A stretch of 32,000 nt of DNA. Origin: Gemmata obscuriglobus. GTDB taxonomy: Bacteria; Planctomycetota; Planctomycetia; Gemmatales; Gemmataceae. The stretch lies in assembly GCF_008065095.1 (NCBI RefSeq), contig NZ_CP042911.1:390001-422000 (forward strand). The letters are read 5' to 3'. Positions 16,883-25,726 of this stretch are shown here, piece by piece; positions within the stretch are counted from its first letter, which is position 1; each line of letters starts with the position of its first letter. Position numbers and translations under genes: made by a program. Below the pieces are notes generated by a model, which made no database searches, was not told the DNA's origin, and saw only the letters and a program-made list of their open reading frames with translations.

Positions 16883-17575
16883 ATGTCAAAAGCGGTCGTG
16901 CTCCTGAGCGGCGGACTGGACAGCACCACGGCCCTCGCGGTCGCACGGGGGCAGGGGTTCGAGTGTTACGCGCTGTCCGTGGATTACGGGCAGCGGCACC
17001 GCGTCGAGTTGGAACGCGCCGCCGTGGTCGCGAAGGCGCTGGGGGTGATCGAGCACCGGACCGTGAAGCTGGACCTGCGGGAGATCGGCGGGTCGGCGCT
17101 GACGAGCGACCTCGCGGTCCCTAAGGACCGCTCCGACGGCGAAATGGGGCACGGGGTGCCGGTCACGTACGTCCCGGCGCGCAACACGATCCTGCTCGGG
17201 GTCGCGCTCGGGTTCGCGGAGGTGGTGGGCGCGTTCGACATTTTCATCGGCGCCAACGTTCTCGATTACAGCGGCTACCCCGACTGCCGCCCGGAGTTCC
17301 TGAGCGCGTTCGAGGCGCTCGCGAACCTCGCGACGAAGGCCGGCACCGAAGGCGCGGGGCGGTTCCGGGTTCACTCGCCGCTGCTGAAGTTGACGAAGGC
17401 GGAGATCATCCGCGAGGGGGTGAAGCTCGGGGTCGATTACGCACAAACGCTGAGCTGCTACGACCCCGACGCCGCGGGCCGTGCGTGCGGCCGCTGCGAC
17501 TCGTGCCTGCTACGCAAGAAGGGCTTCGCCGAAGCGGGCGTCCCGGACCCGACGCACTACGCGGTCGGCGGGTGA
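16883..17575 (+). CDS. queC: 7-cyano-7-deazaguanine synthase QueC
   Basis: [13 protein letters not shown] (PP-loop), DYGQRH, and the C-terminal Zn cluster CYDP...[10 protein letters not shown] are present. Confidence 0.95.
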   Translation: MSKAVVLLSGGLDSTTALAVARGQGFECYALSVDYGQRHRVELERAAVVAKALGVIEHRTVKLDLREIGGSALTSDLAVPKDRSDGEMGHGVPVTYVPARNTILLGVALGFAEVVGAFDIFIGANVLDYSGYPDCRPEFLSAFEALANLATKAGTEGAGRFRVHSPLLKLTKAEIIREGVKLGVDYAQTLSCYDPDAAGRACGRCDSCLLRKKGFAEAGVPDPTHYAVGG

Positions 17576-17654
17576 ACGAGAACCGAGGTCGGGGCACGAA
17601 TGCACGGCGTGTGATTCGGGGGCGACGGGCGTCTGTACTATGATTCTCGCCCAC

Positions 17655-17996
17655 TCACTCCCCGCTCCCGCCCGGTCCTTTGCCGAACTTCTCCTTGAGG
17701 CCTTTGAGCTTTTCGGGGTCGAACTTGTCGCCGAACTTCTCTTTGAGCTGCTTCACCTTCTCGGGGTCCAGCTTGCTCTTGTCGAAGCCGCCCTTCGCGA
17801 GCTTCTCCTTGAGCGCCTTGAGCTTCTCGGGGTCCAGTTTGCTTTTGTCGAGCTTGCCGGTTCCCTTTTTCGCGCCGGCCGGCGGGATGTCGGTCGGCAC
17901 CTCGCGCGGGGGCGGAGCCACATCGACGCCGTGGGCGTCGTAGCTCACCACGCCGGTCAGCACGAACAGAGCGGCGGCGAACAACTTGCGGGACAT
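17655..17996 (-). CDS. Small secreted Lys-rich repeat protein (hypothetical)
   Basis: The signal peptide is MSRKLFAAALFVLTGVVSYDAHG. It is followed by three copies of a K(S)KLDPEKLKxLKEKF-type repeat, also visible as a ~66-nt DNA periodicity. Confidence 0.6.
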   Translation of the reverse strand: MSRKLFAAALFVLTGVVSYDAHGVDVAPPPREVPTDIPPAGAKKGTGKLDKSKLDPEKLKALKEKLAKGGFDKSKLDPEKVKQLKEKFGDKFDPEKLKGLKEKFGKGPGGSGE

Positions 17997-18076
17997 TGCG
18001 GGCACCTCGTTGGCGGGCACGGAACCGAGCCGATACCCTATCAACACGCGAGTGTCGCACCGGTTACACGCGCCCG

Positions 18077-19018
18077 ATGGACCAATTCCGAGAACCGCAA
18101 GAGATGATCGATCTGTCCGTTTCGCTGGGCCGGCTCGCGCTGCGCAACCCCATACTGGTGGCCAGCGGCACCTTCGGCTACGCGAAGGAGATGGCCCCGT
18201 TCGTGGACTTCGCGAAGCTGGGGGGCGTGATCCCGAAGACCGTCACGCACGCGCCGCGGGCCGGGAACCGGCCGCCGCGCACGGTGGAAACCGCCTCCGG
18301 GATGCTCAACGCGATCGGGCTCGACAACGACGGCCTCGAGCACTTCCTCACCCACCACCTCCCGTACCTCAAAACGCTGCCCACGGCGATCGTCGGGAAC
18401 ATCGCGGGCAAGAGCGAGGACGAGTTCGTCGCGATGGCGGCCCGGGTGCATCAGAGCCGGGACGGGTTGGCGGCGCTGGAACTGAACCTGTCGTGCCCGA
18501 ACGTGGCCGGCGGCACCGACTTCGCCACCGACCCCGAACTGACGAAGCGCATCATCCGGCGGTGCCGCGACGCCTGCCCGGACCTGCCCCTCATCGCCAA
18601 GCTCACGCCGAACGTAACCGACATCACTCTGATCGCGCGGGCCGCCGCCGACGGCGGCGCCGACGCCGTGAGCGCAGTGAACACGTTCGTCGGGATGGCG
18701 GTCGACTGGCGGCGCCGGAAGCCGATCCTGGGGAACGTGACCGGCGGGCTGAGCGGCCCGGCGATCAAGCCCCTGGCGCTGCGCGCGGTCTGGCGGATCG
18801 CGCAACTGAAGGCGGTGCCGGTGATCGCGGTGGGCGGGATCGCGTCGCTCGACGACGTGATGGACTTCCTGGTGGTCGGCGCGAGCGCGGTTCAGATCGG
18901 CACCGCGAACTTTTACGACCCGACCGCCAGCGTGCGGATCGTAGACGCGCTCCCGGGAGCCGTCGCGTCGCTCGGCGCGACCGCGGCCCGGCAGGTGGTC
19001 GGAACGCTGAACACGTAA
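18077..19018 (+). CDS. pyrD: Dihydroorotate dehydrogenase, class 1 catalytic subunit
   Basis: LRNPILVASGTFGY, GGVIPKTVT, NAIGLDNDG, the active-site Cys in ELNLSCPNV, and GGLSGPAIKPLAL are present. The start is the ATG at 18077, or 18104 (MIDLSV). Confidence 0.9.
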   Translation: MDQFREPQEMIDLSVSLGRLALRNPILVASGTFGYAKEMAPFVDFAKLGGVIPKTVTHAPRAGNRPPRTVETASGMLNAIGLDNDGLEHFLTHHLPYLKTLPTAIVGNIAGKSEDEFVAMAARVHQSRDGLAALELNLSCPNVAGGTDFATDPELTKRIIRRCRDACPDLPLIAKLTPNVTDITLIARAAADGGADAVSAVNTFVGMAVDWRRRKPILGNVTGGLSGPAIKPLALRAVWRIAQLKAVPVIAVGGIASLDDVMDFLVVGASAVQIGTANFYDPTASVRIVDALPGAVASLGATAARQVVGTLNT

Positions 19019-19107
19019 AACGGCCCCGAACCCGGCCGTAACGAGACGAACTTGAGGGCGGAGCTATTTGCCCTTCCCTCAGGCCCCTGCCTCGTCACGC
19101 CTGTCGC

Positions 19108-19806
19108 TCAGACGGTGGGTTCGGAGATGTTGCGCGCGTAGCGGGCCAGAAGCATCTGCACGGCCTGGATCGTTTGCCACTCGGCGAACCCGATGCGGAT
19201 CTCGGTGCCGTCCTCGTTCGCGTCGATGTTCTCGACGGCGGTGGTCAGCCCCTTGTGGAGGTAGTCGAGGATCTCGGCGAGCCGGGCCGCCTGGGCGGGC
19301 GTGAGCTTCTGCGGCAGGGGCGGCACGTCGTCGTCGAACGCGGTCCAGTTGGGGTTGGGGGCCGCGGGCGGCGCCGGGGCTACTGTGCGCTGGCTGTCGG
19401 CCACCGAGACGCGGCCGGACGCGGCGGCCAGTTCGTCGGCGCGGATCGTCTGCACTTGCCCGCCGGCGTTGGTGATCGGGGCCGCGGCGGCCTTGCGGCG
19501 GGCGTCGATCTCTTCCATCGTGCCGAACAGCAGCATGCTACGGCCGATCGACACCTGATCGCCCGCGCGCAGCCGGCGGATCTGGATCGCGGTGCCGTTC
19601 ACGCGGGTGCCGTTGGTGCTGTCGAGGTCGGTGAGGATGATGTCGGCGTCTTCGACCTGAACCTTGGCGTGAAACCGGCTGACGCGCTCGTCGTTGAGCC
19701 GCAGCCCGTTCCCCTCTTCCCGGCCGATCGTGACGGGGATGGGCAGGTCCTTGTAGACCCGGCCCTTATCAACCCCTTCGAGGACCAGGAAGGTAACGGT
19801 GCGCAT
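19108..19806 (-). CDS. FHA-domain protein
   Basis: The N-terminal TIGREEGNGLRLNDERVSRFHAKV...DLDSTNGTRVNG is the FHA phosphothreonine-binding signature. The C-terminal ~120 aa are unassigned. Confidence 0.85.
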   Translation of the reverse strand: MRTVTFLVLEGVDKGRVYKDLPIPVTIGREEGNGLRLNDERVSRFHAKVQVEDADIILTDLDSTNGTRVNGTAIQIRRLRAGDQVSIGRSMLLFGTMEEIDARRKAAAAPITNAGGQVQTIRADELAAASGRVSVADSQRTVAPAPPAAPNPNWTAFDDDVPPLPQKLTPAQAARLAEILDYLHKGLTTAVENIDANEDGTEIRIGFAEWQTIQAVQMLLARYARNISEPTV

Positions 19807-20183
19807 GGATGGGTCCTGTACGGATGCCTTGCCCGGTCAGCGCGGGCAGCCCGGTGAGACTGGTATAGCACAACCAATTCGGTCGGGCGCAAAAACCGCC
19901 GACGGGGTAACGCGTCACAGCCGCCATTGTCCGCGTTTCAGGCAGGCGTGTCAATTTCTCTCGCAGGGTAGGGGGCGCGGGGGCGAGGTCGGGACCGGTC
20001 CGAGTTTTACGGCCCGCGCGGTTGGTTGGCGGGGCGCCCAGCCGGCTGACGCGGGCGGTTCGATCAGCAAATCAAGAGCGACAAACTGCAGCGTGACCTC
20101 CTGAGGGTAGAATGAGGCGCGGCGTGCGCGCGTGCGGCGGCCGCGATAAGATGACTCCGGACCCAACCTCTCCGGTGGCCGTC

Positions 20184-21542
20184 ATGAAGCGGGTGCGAAT
20201 CGGAAACGGGTGCGGTTTTTGGGGCGACAACCTCGACGCGCCCGTCGAACTGGCGGCGGCCGGGAACCTCGACTACCTGACGCTCGAGTACCTCGCCGAA
20301 CTCACGATGTCGATCCTCGCCGTCCAGAAGGCGAAAGACCCGGCCGCCGGGTTCGCGACCGACTTCATCGACGTTCTGTCGCGCCTTGCTCCCGTTCTCA
20401 AGGCCCAACCGCAGCTCAAGATCGTGACGAACGCGGGCGGGATGAACCCCCACGCGTGTGCCCGCCAGGCGAAACAGGTTCTCGCGGCCGCCGGACTGGC
20501 GGACAAGCGGGTCGCCGTGGTGAGCGGCGACGACCTCTTGCCGCGACTCGACGCTCTCTTCGGCGCCGGCCACCCGCTCAACCACCTCGACAGCGGCGCC
20601 CCCCTCACCCAGATCCGTGACGTGGTCGTGAGTGCGAACGCGTACCTCGGTGCGCGGCCCATCGTGGAGGCGCTGAAGCTCGGCGCGGACGTTGTCGTCA
20701 CCGGGCGCGTCGCGGACGCCTCGCTCACGGTCGGCCCGGCGGCGTTCGAGTTCGGGTGGGAGTTCGGCACGTCGGCCCTCGACCGGCTCGCGGCGGCCAC
20801 GGTCGCGGGGCACCTGATCGAGTGCGGCGCCCAGGTCACCGGCGGGCTGTGGATCGGCGCCGACGACGCCACGCGGCTCGGGAGCGTCGGCTACCCGATC
20901 GCGGAACTGAGCGCGGACGGCGCGTTCACGCTCTCCAAGCCGGCCGGGACCGGCGGCGCGGTGAACCTCGAAACGGTGTCCGAGCAGCTCCTCTACGAGG
21001 TGGCCGACCCGGCCCGCTATTTCACCCCCGACGTGGTGGCCGATTTTACCACCGTGGCGCTGGCCCAGCAGGCGCCGGACGTGGTGCGCGTGACGGGCGG
21101 CACCGCGAACGGCCTCACGGACACGTACAAAGTCTCGGTGGCGTACCGGGACGGCTTCATGTCCGCGGGCACGCTGGTCATCGCCGGGCCGGGCGCTGCG
21201 GCGAAGGCCCGGCGGTCGGGCGCGATTCTCCTGGAGAAGCTGAAGCGGTCCGGGCTCACCTACGCCGAGACGCGCGTGGAGGCGCTCGGGGCCGGCGACT
21301 GCGTGCCGGGCGTCGTCGGCGCGACGGGCGACCCGCCGGAGGTGGTGCTCCGGGTGGCGGTGCGCGACCCGCGGCGGGCGGCGGTGGAGCGGTTCACAAA
21401 GGAGTTCGCCCCGCTGGTGACCTCGGGGTTCCCGGGGACGACCGGCTACACGACCGGGCGCCCACCGGTGCGCGAGGTGTTCGCGTACTGGCCGGCGCTG
21501 GTCGCCAAGTCCGCCGTTACGCCTTCAGTGGAGGTGGTGTGA
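20184..21542 (+). CDS. AtuA / DUF1446 family protein (acyclic-terpene-utilisation-like)
   Basis: VRIGNGCGFWGDNLDAPVELA...LDYLTLEYLAELTMSIL and GHLIECGAQVTGG are characteristic of the family. An alternative ATG lies at 20151. Confidence 0.75.
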   Translation: MKRVRIGNGCGFWGDNLDAPVELAAAGNLDYLTLEYLAELTMSILAVQKAKDPAAGFATDFIDVLSRLAPVLKAQPQLKIVTNAGGMNPHACARQAKQVLAAAGLADKRVAVVSGDDLLPRLDALFGAGHPLNHLDSGAPLTQIRDVVVSANAYLGARPIVEALKLGADVVVTGRVADASLTVGPAAFEFGWEFGTSALDRLAAATVAGHLIECGAQVTGGLWIGADDATRLGSVGYPIAELSADGAFTLSKPAGTGGAVNLETVSEQLLYEVADPARYFTPDVVADFTTVALAQQAPDVVRVTGGTANGLTDTYKVSVAYRDGFMSAGTLVIAGPGAAAKARRSGAILLEKLKRSGLTYAETRVEALGAGDCVPGVVGATGDPPEVVLRVAVRDPRRAAVERFTKEFAPLVTSGFPGTTGYTTGRPPVREVFAYWPALVAKSAVTPSVEVV

Positions 21543-21907
21543 TGCCCCGCGTGCCCCTCTCGCACATCGCACACGGCCGCAGCGGCGACAAAGGGTCGCA
21601 CGCGAACGTCGCGGTGATCGCCCGGACGGACGCCGGGTTCGCCTGGCTCCGCGACAACCTCACGGCGGAGGCCGTGGCCGCGTACTTCGCGCCCCTGGGG
21701 CCGAGCCGCATGGAGCGGTACGAGGCGGCCAACGTCCGCGCGCTCAACTTCGTGCTGTACGACGTGCTGGCCGGCGGCGCGAGCCGGTCGCTGCGCACCG
21801 ACACGCAGGGCAAAACGTTGGCGGTGGCGCTGCTGCGGATGGAGATCGATTGGGAAGAGTCGGCCCCGTTGCCTCCCCCGTCTGTAGACCGTATGGCCAA
21901 GGCCTAA
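21542..21907 (+). CDS. Small partner protein of AtuA-family genes (DUF4387-like, assigned from memory)
   Basis: The ATG overlaps the upstream stop (TGATG). The 121-aa product carries HIAHGRSGDKGSHANVAVIAR. It is the C-terminal portion of the 383-aa track ORF. Confidence 0.65.
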   Translation: MPRVPLSHIAHGRSGDKGSHANVAVIARTDAGFAWLRDNLTAEAVAAYFAPLGPSRMERYEAANVRALNFVLYDVLAGGASRSLRTDTQGKTLAVALLRMEIDWEESAPLPPPSVDRMAKA

Positions 21908-22036
21908 TACACGTGCCCGCAATGGGTGTCGCTTTTGTTGACGAGCGGCGGCCGCCAGGGAGCGGTGCCACGTATCCCGCTGCCTGGCGGTCGCCGCTCG
22001 TCAAGAAAGCGGCAGTATTACCGGGTACGTGTATAA
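21906..22036. repeat. Nested palindromic repeat element, copy B
   Basis: The 28-bp arms at 21938-21965 and 21977-22004 pair 26/28 including one G:T. The loop TGCCACGTATC is the reverse complement of the copy-A loop. The outer flanks are ATACACGTGCCC...//...CCGGGTACGTGTAT. Confidence 0.8.
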
Positions 22037-22067
22037 GGGGCGCCTTCTCCGGCGAAGCGAGGAACCT

Positions 22068-22856
22068 ATGTCCGACGTCGTTCGGTACGAGCTGCGCGGG
22101 CCGGCCGCGGTGGTCACGCTGAACCGGCCCGAGAAGCGGAACGCGCTGTCGCGCGAGCTGATCGCGGATCTGAGCGACGCGTTCCTGCGCGCCGCGAGCG
22201 ATCCCGACGCGCGGTGCGTCGTCCTGACGGGCGCCGGCCCGGCGTTCTGCGCCGGGATGGACCTCGACGAGCTTCGCGCCACCCTCGGCCCCGATTCCGA
22301 TAAGGTGTGGGACGACGCGCACCGGCTCTCGGCGCTGTACGAGCTGATCTACACGCTCCCGAAGCCCACGGTCGCCGCGGTGAACGGGGCCGCGGTCGCC
22401 GGCGGGGCGGGGCTGGTCACCGTCTGCGACCTCGCGGTCAGCGTGCCGGACGCCAAGTTCGGCTACCCCGAGGTGCGCCGCGGGCTCGTCGCGGCCATGG
22501 TGCTGCCGCACCTGCTGCGGCACGTCGGCGAACGCACCGCCCGGTGGCTCCTGCTCACCGGCGAACTGATCGACGGCCTCGCCGCGCTCCGGATCGGGCT
22601 GGTGAACCAGGTGTCATCTGCCGAGACGCTGCTCGCGGCCGCCGACGAGTGGGCGCGGGCGCTGTCCGAGGGCGGCCCGAAGGCGCTCGCGACCACCAAA
22701 GACCTGCTCCGCCGCTGCTCGCGCCAGGGCGTCGCGGTGGACGAACTCGCCAGGGCCAGCGCTGAACCGCGGCTGACCGAAGAGTGCCGGAGCGGTCTGG
22801 CGGCGTTCTTCGGGAAGCGGCCGGCCCCGTGGGCGGTCGCGCCTTCACAAGGGTGA
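22068..22856 (+). CDS. Enoyl-CoA hydratase/isomerase (crotonase) family protein
   Basis: VVTLNRPEKRNALS, LTGAGPAFCAGMDL and AAVNGAAVAGGAGL are the oxyanion-hole motifs. The start is the ATG at 22068. Confidence 0.9.
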   Translation: MSDVVRYELRGPAAVVTLNRPEKRNALSRELIADLSDAFLRAASDPDARCVVLTGAGPAFCAGMDLDELRATLGPDSDKVWDDAHRLSALYELIYTLPKPTVAAVNGAAVAGGAGLVTVCDLAVSVPDAKFGYPEVRRGLVAAMVLPHLLRHVGERTARWLLLTGELIDGLAALRIGLVNQVSSAETLLAAADEWARALSEGGPKALATTKDLLRRCSRQGVAVDELARASAEPRLTEECRSGLAAFFGKRPAPWAVAPSQG

Positions 22857-22884
22857 ACCCGATCCCGGTGCGGAGCGCCGCGTT

Positions 22885-23811
22885 ATGAACCCCATCGTCG
22901 GTATCGGTGAACTGCTGTGGGACGTGTACCCGGACGGCCACAAGGTCGCCGGCGGGGCGCCGTTCAACTTCGCGTTCCACTGCCACCAGCTCGGGCACCC
23001 GTCCGTTATCGTGTCGCGGGTCGGCGACGACGACCTGGGCCACGAGCTGCGCGAGCGCGTGCGCGAGCTGGGCCTTTCGGACGAGTACATCCAGACCGAC
23101 CCCGAGCACCCGACCGGCACCGTGCGAGTGACGCTCGGGGCAAACGCGATCCCGACATACACGATAACAGAATACGTGGCCTGGGATTACATCGCCTGGG
23201 AGGACCGATTAGAGGCGCTCGCGGCGTCGCACCGGGCGGTTTGCTTCGGCACGCTCGCGCAACGGTTCGGCACCCCGGTTCCCGTTCACCGATTTACAAC
23301 GCCGCGCCGCACGACGGCGCTGGCCGTTTTCGATGTGAATTTGCGCGGCTCGTATTTCGACGTTGATCGCCTGGAGTGGGGGCTGAGCGTTTGCGACTGG
23401 TGCAAGATCAACGCCGACGAGCTCAATACTCTGCGTGCCTTACTCGGCTGCTCGACGCCAAACGAACTCGCCCAAGAGTGGATGTCGGCGTTTGCCGAGC
23501 AGGCGGTGATTGTGACGCACGGCGAAGGCGGGTGCGAGATCTACCACCAGCGGGAATCGCGCGACGCGGAAGGCGATCCGCTCTTCCCGTCCGAAGCGTT
23601 CGCCGTGCCCGGTGTGAAGGCAAACGTTGTTGACACGGTGGGCGCCGGCGACGCGTTCACCGCGGCGATGGTGTGCCTGCACCTCGAAGGGAAGCCGCTG
23701 CGTGAGGCCGCCCGGTTCGCGGTCCACTACGCGGCGCGGGTGTGCGAGCAGCCCGGGGGGACGCCCCGCATCGCCCGCGCCGAGGTCGAACGCGCCGCGG
23801 GGCTGAGGTGA
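22885..23811 (+). CDS. PfkB-family carbohydrate/nucleoside kinase
   Basis: The N-terminal GELLWDV...GGAPFNFA and the C-terminal DTVGAGDAFTAAMV (PfkB signature 2) are present. Confidence 0.9.
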   Translation: MNPIVGIGELLWDVYPDGHKVAGGAPFNFAFHCHQLGHPSVIVSRVGDDDLGHELRERVRELGLSDEYIQTDPEHPTGTVRVTLGANAIPTYTITEYVAWDYIAWEDRLEALAASHRAVCFGTLAQRFGTPVPVHRFTTPRRTTALAVFDVNLRGSYFDVDRLEWGLSVCDWCKINADELNTLRALLGCSTPNELAQEWMSAFAEQAVIVTHGEGGCEIYHQRESRDAEGDPLFPSEAFAVPGVKANVVDTVGAGDAFTAAMVCLHLEGKPLREAARFAVHYAARVCEQPGGTPRIARAEVERAAGLR

Positions 23812-23815
23812 GGCC

Positions 23816-24397
23816 GTGAAACCGCACTTCTGGCGCCCCCCCGTTCTCTCCACCGAGCGCGTCACGCTCCGGCCGTTCGTCAACGAGGACGCGGAGGCCC
23901 TGTTCGAGTACGCGAAGAACCCGAACGTCACGCGGTTCACGCTCTGGGACGCGCACCAGACCGTTGCGGACACGAACACCTTCATCCGCGATTACGCTGT
24001 GCTACGGTACATGGAAGGGATGCCCGAGCCCTACGCCATCACGCTCAACCCCGCGCCGCAGCCGGTCGGGGCGTGCGGGTGCTTTTGGGCCGCCGAGCCG
24101 CACCGCACGATGGAGCTGGGCTACTGGATCGGCGAGCCGTTCTGGGGCAAGGGGTACGTCGCCGAGGCGTGCCGGGCGGTGCTCGGGCTCGCGTTCGCGG
24201 AGTTCGGCCCCGAGCGGATGCAGGCGCGGGTGATCGACGGGAACGCGGCGAGCGGGCGGGTGCTCGAGAAGCTCGGGTTCCGCTACGAGGGGACGCTCCG
24301 GCGGGCGCTGCTGCGCCGGGGGCGCTTCGAGGACGTGCGGATGTACTCGCTGACGCGCGAGGAGTGGGGCCGGGACCAGAAACCTGAAATCACGTGA
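23816..24397 (+). CDS. GNAT N-acetyltransferase (RimJ/RimL-like)
   Basis: The GTG start lies 4 nt after the PfkB stop. It carries RVTLRPFVNEDAEALFEYAKNPNV, WGKGYVAEACRAVL (acetyl-CoA loop) and GFRYEGTLR. Confidence 0.85.
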   Translation: MKPHFWRPPVLSTERVTLRPFVNEDAEALFEYAKNPNVTRFTLWDAHQTVADTNTFIRDYAVLRYMEGMPEPYAITLNPAPQPVGACGCFWAAEPHRTMELGYWIGEPFWGKGYVAEACRAVLGLAFAEFGPERMQARVIDGNAASGRVLEKLGFRYEGTLRRALLRRGRFEDVRMYSLTREEWGRDQKPEIT

Positions 24398-24404
24398 GGC
24401 GCGG

Positions 24405-25367
24405 ATGGGCACGGGCGTCGCGGACCGGGTGCGCGGGGTGCTGTTCGGCCAGGCCGTCGGCGACGCGCTGGGCTTCGGGACGGAGTTCCTCTCCCGCACG
24501 GACGTCAAGAAGCACTTCCCGTTCGGGCTGCAGCGGTACGCGCAGCTCACCCGGTTCCGGCCGTGCCCGGAGTGGCAGCCGGGCGACTGGACCGACGACA
24601 CCGACCAGATGCTCTGCATCTGCGACAGCCTGCTCGCGCACGGCCGGTTCGAGCTGCTCGACATCGCGGCCCGCATCCGGCACTGGGCCACCGCGGACGG
24701 GTTCGGCGTCGACCAGGTCGTCTACACCGCGGCCCGCGACCGCCGGTTCCTCACCGACCCGCACGCCGTCGCGCAGCGCTACTGGGAGGCGAACGGCCGG
24801 GTGGCCGCGAACGGCGGGGTGATGCGCACGTCCGTGCTCGGGGTGTGGGGGCACGCGGACCCGCGGCGCGTGCGCCAGAACGCGGAGGAGGCGTGCCGGC
24901 TCACCCACGCCGACCCCCGTTGCGTCGGCTCGTGCGTTGCGGTCTGCCTCGCCGTGCGCGAGTTGCTCCTCGGCGCGACCGACATGGACGCCCTGACGGC
25001 CGCCGTGTCCGAGCAGGTGCGCGAGTACCATCCGGAACTCGTCGCGTGCCTGGAGGCCACCGCGGCCCCTTCGCTGGACACCTTCGACCTCGACGAGGGG
25101 TTGAACCCGAACGAGCCGGACCGCGCCGGGGACACGCTCAAGGCGCTGGGCGCGGGGTTCTGGGCGCTGCGCCACGCCCACTCCTTCCGATCCGGCATTT
25201 CGCACGTCATTCACGAAGGCGGGGACGCGGACGCGAACGCGGCGGTCGCCGGCGCGCTCTTGGGCGCGCGGTTCGGCGCCGCGGCGATCCCGGCCGAGTG
25301 GTGCTCGGGGCTGGTCCACGGCGCCCAACTCGAAACGCGCGTGCAGCAGCTCCTCACACACTTTTAA
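24405..25367 (+). CDS. ADP-ribosylglycohydrolase (ARH/DraG) family protein
   Basis: GQAVGDALGFGTEF, WTDDTDQ and GGDADANAAVAGALLGA are the family metal-binding motifs. It starts 7 nt after the GNAT stop. Confidence 0.9.
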   Translation: MGTGVADRVRGVLFGQAVGDALGFGTEFLSRTDVKKHFPFGLQRYAQLTRFRPCPEWQPGDWTDDTDQMLCICDSLLAHGRFELLDIAARIRHWATADGFGVDQVVYTAARDRRFLTDPHAVAQRYWEANGRVAANGGVMRTSVLGVWGHADPRRVRQNAEEACRLTHADPRCVGSCVAVCLAVRELLLGATDMDALTAAVSEQVREYHPELVACLEATAAPSLDTFDLDEGLNPNEPDRAGDTLKALGAGFWALRHAHSFRSGISHVIHEGGDADANAAVAGALLGARFGAAAIPAEWCSGLVHGAQLETRVQQLLTHF

Positions 25368-25462
25368 GAACCGGCGCGAAGTTCGCGTCCCATTTCACCT
25401 TTGCACACAACTTACCCTCCAGATCCTTTGGTGGGGCCATACAGCATTTCTTCTTCGACGGT

Positions 25463-25726
25463 ATGATTTTGGTAGTGCCTGAGGGCCGAGCCGTGCCGAA
25501 CGCGCAACCGATCGTCGTCCAGGTGACCGTCTCGGTCACCGCGCTGGTGTACCCCGAGCCCGAGGCGGGGGGGTACTCGGCCGCGGTGCCGGCGCTGCCG
25601 GGGTGCTACACCGAGGGCGAGACGCTCGACGAGGTGCGGGCCAACCTGCGCGAGGCCGCCGAGGCGTGGCTCGCGGCGGCGCACGACCACGCGTCCCACG
25701 CCCCGCGGCGCGAGGGAGAGGCATGA
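25463..25726 (+). CDS. hicB: HicB-family antitoxin (UPF0150)
   Basis: GGYSAAVPALPGCYTEGETLDEVRANLREAAEAWL is the HicB N-domain pattern. An alternative GTG lies at 25493. The stop overlaps the hicA start (ATGA). Confidence 0.8.
   Translation: MILVVPEGRAVPNAQPIVVQVTVSVTALVYPEPEAGGYSAAVPALPGCYTEGETLDEVRANLREAAEAWLAAAHDHASHAPRREGEA

Noticed and set aside
19020-19107. A bidirectional terminator between the convergent pyrD and FHA genes.
   Set aside because: Only weak 5-6-bp stems are present (ACGGCC...GGCCGT; AGGGC...GCCCT) with no U-tract, which is not convincing.
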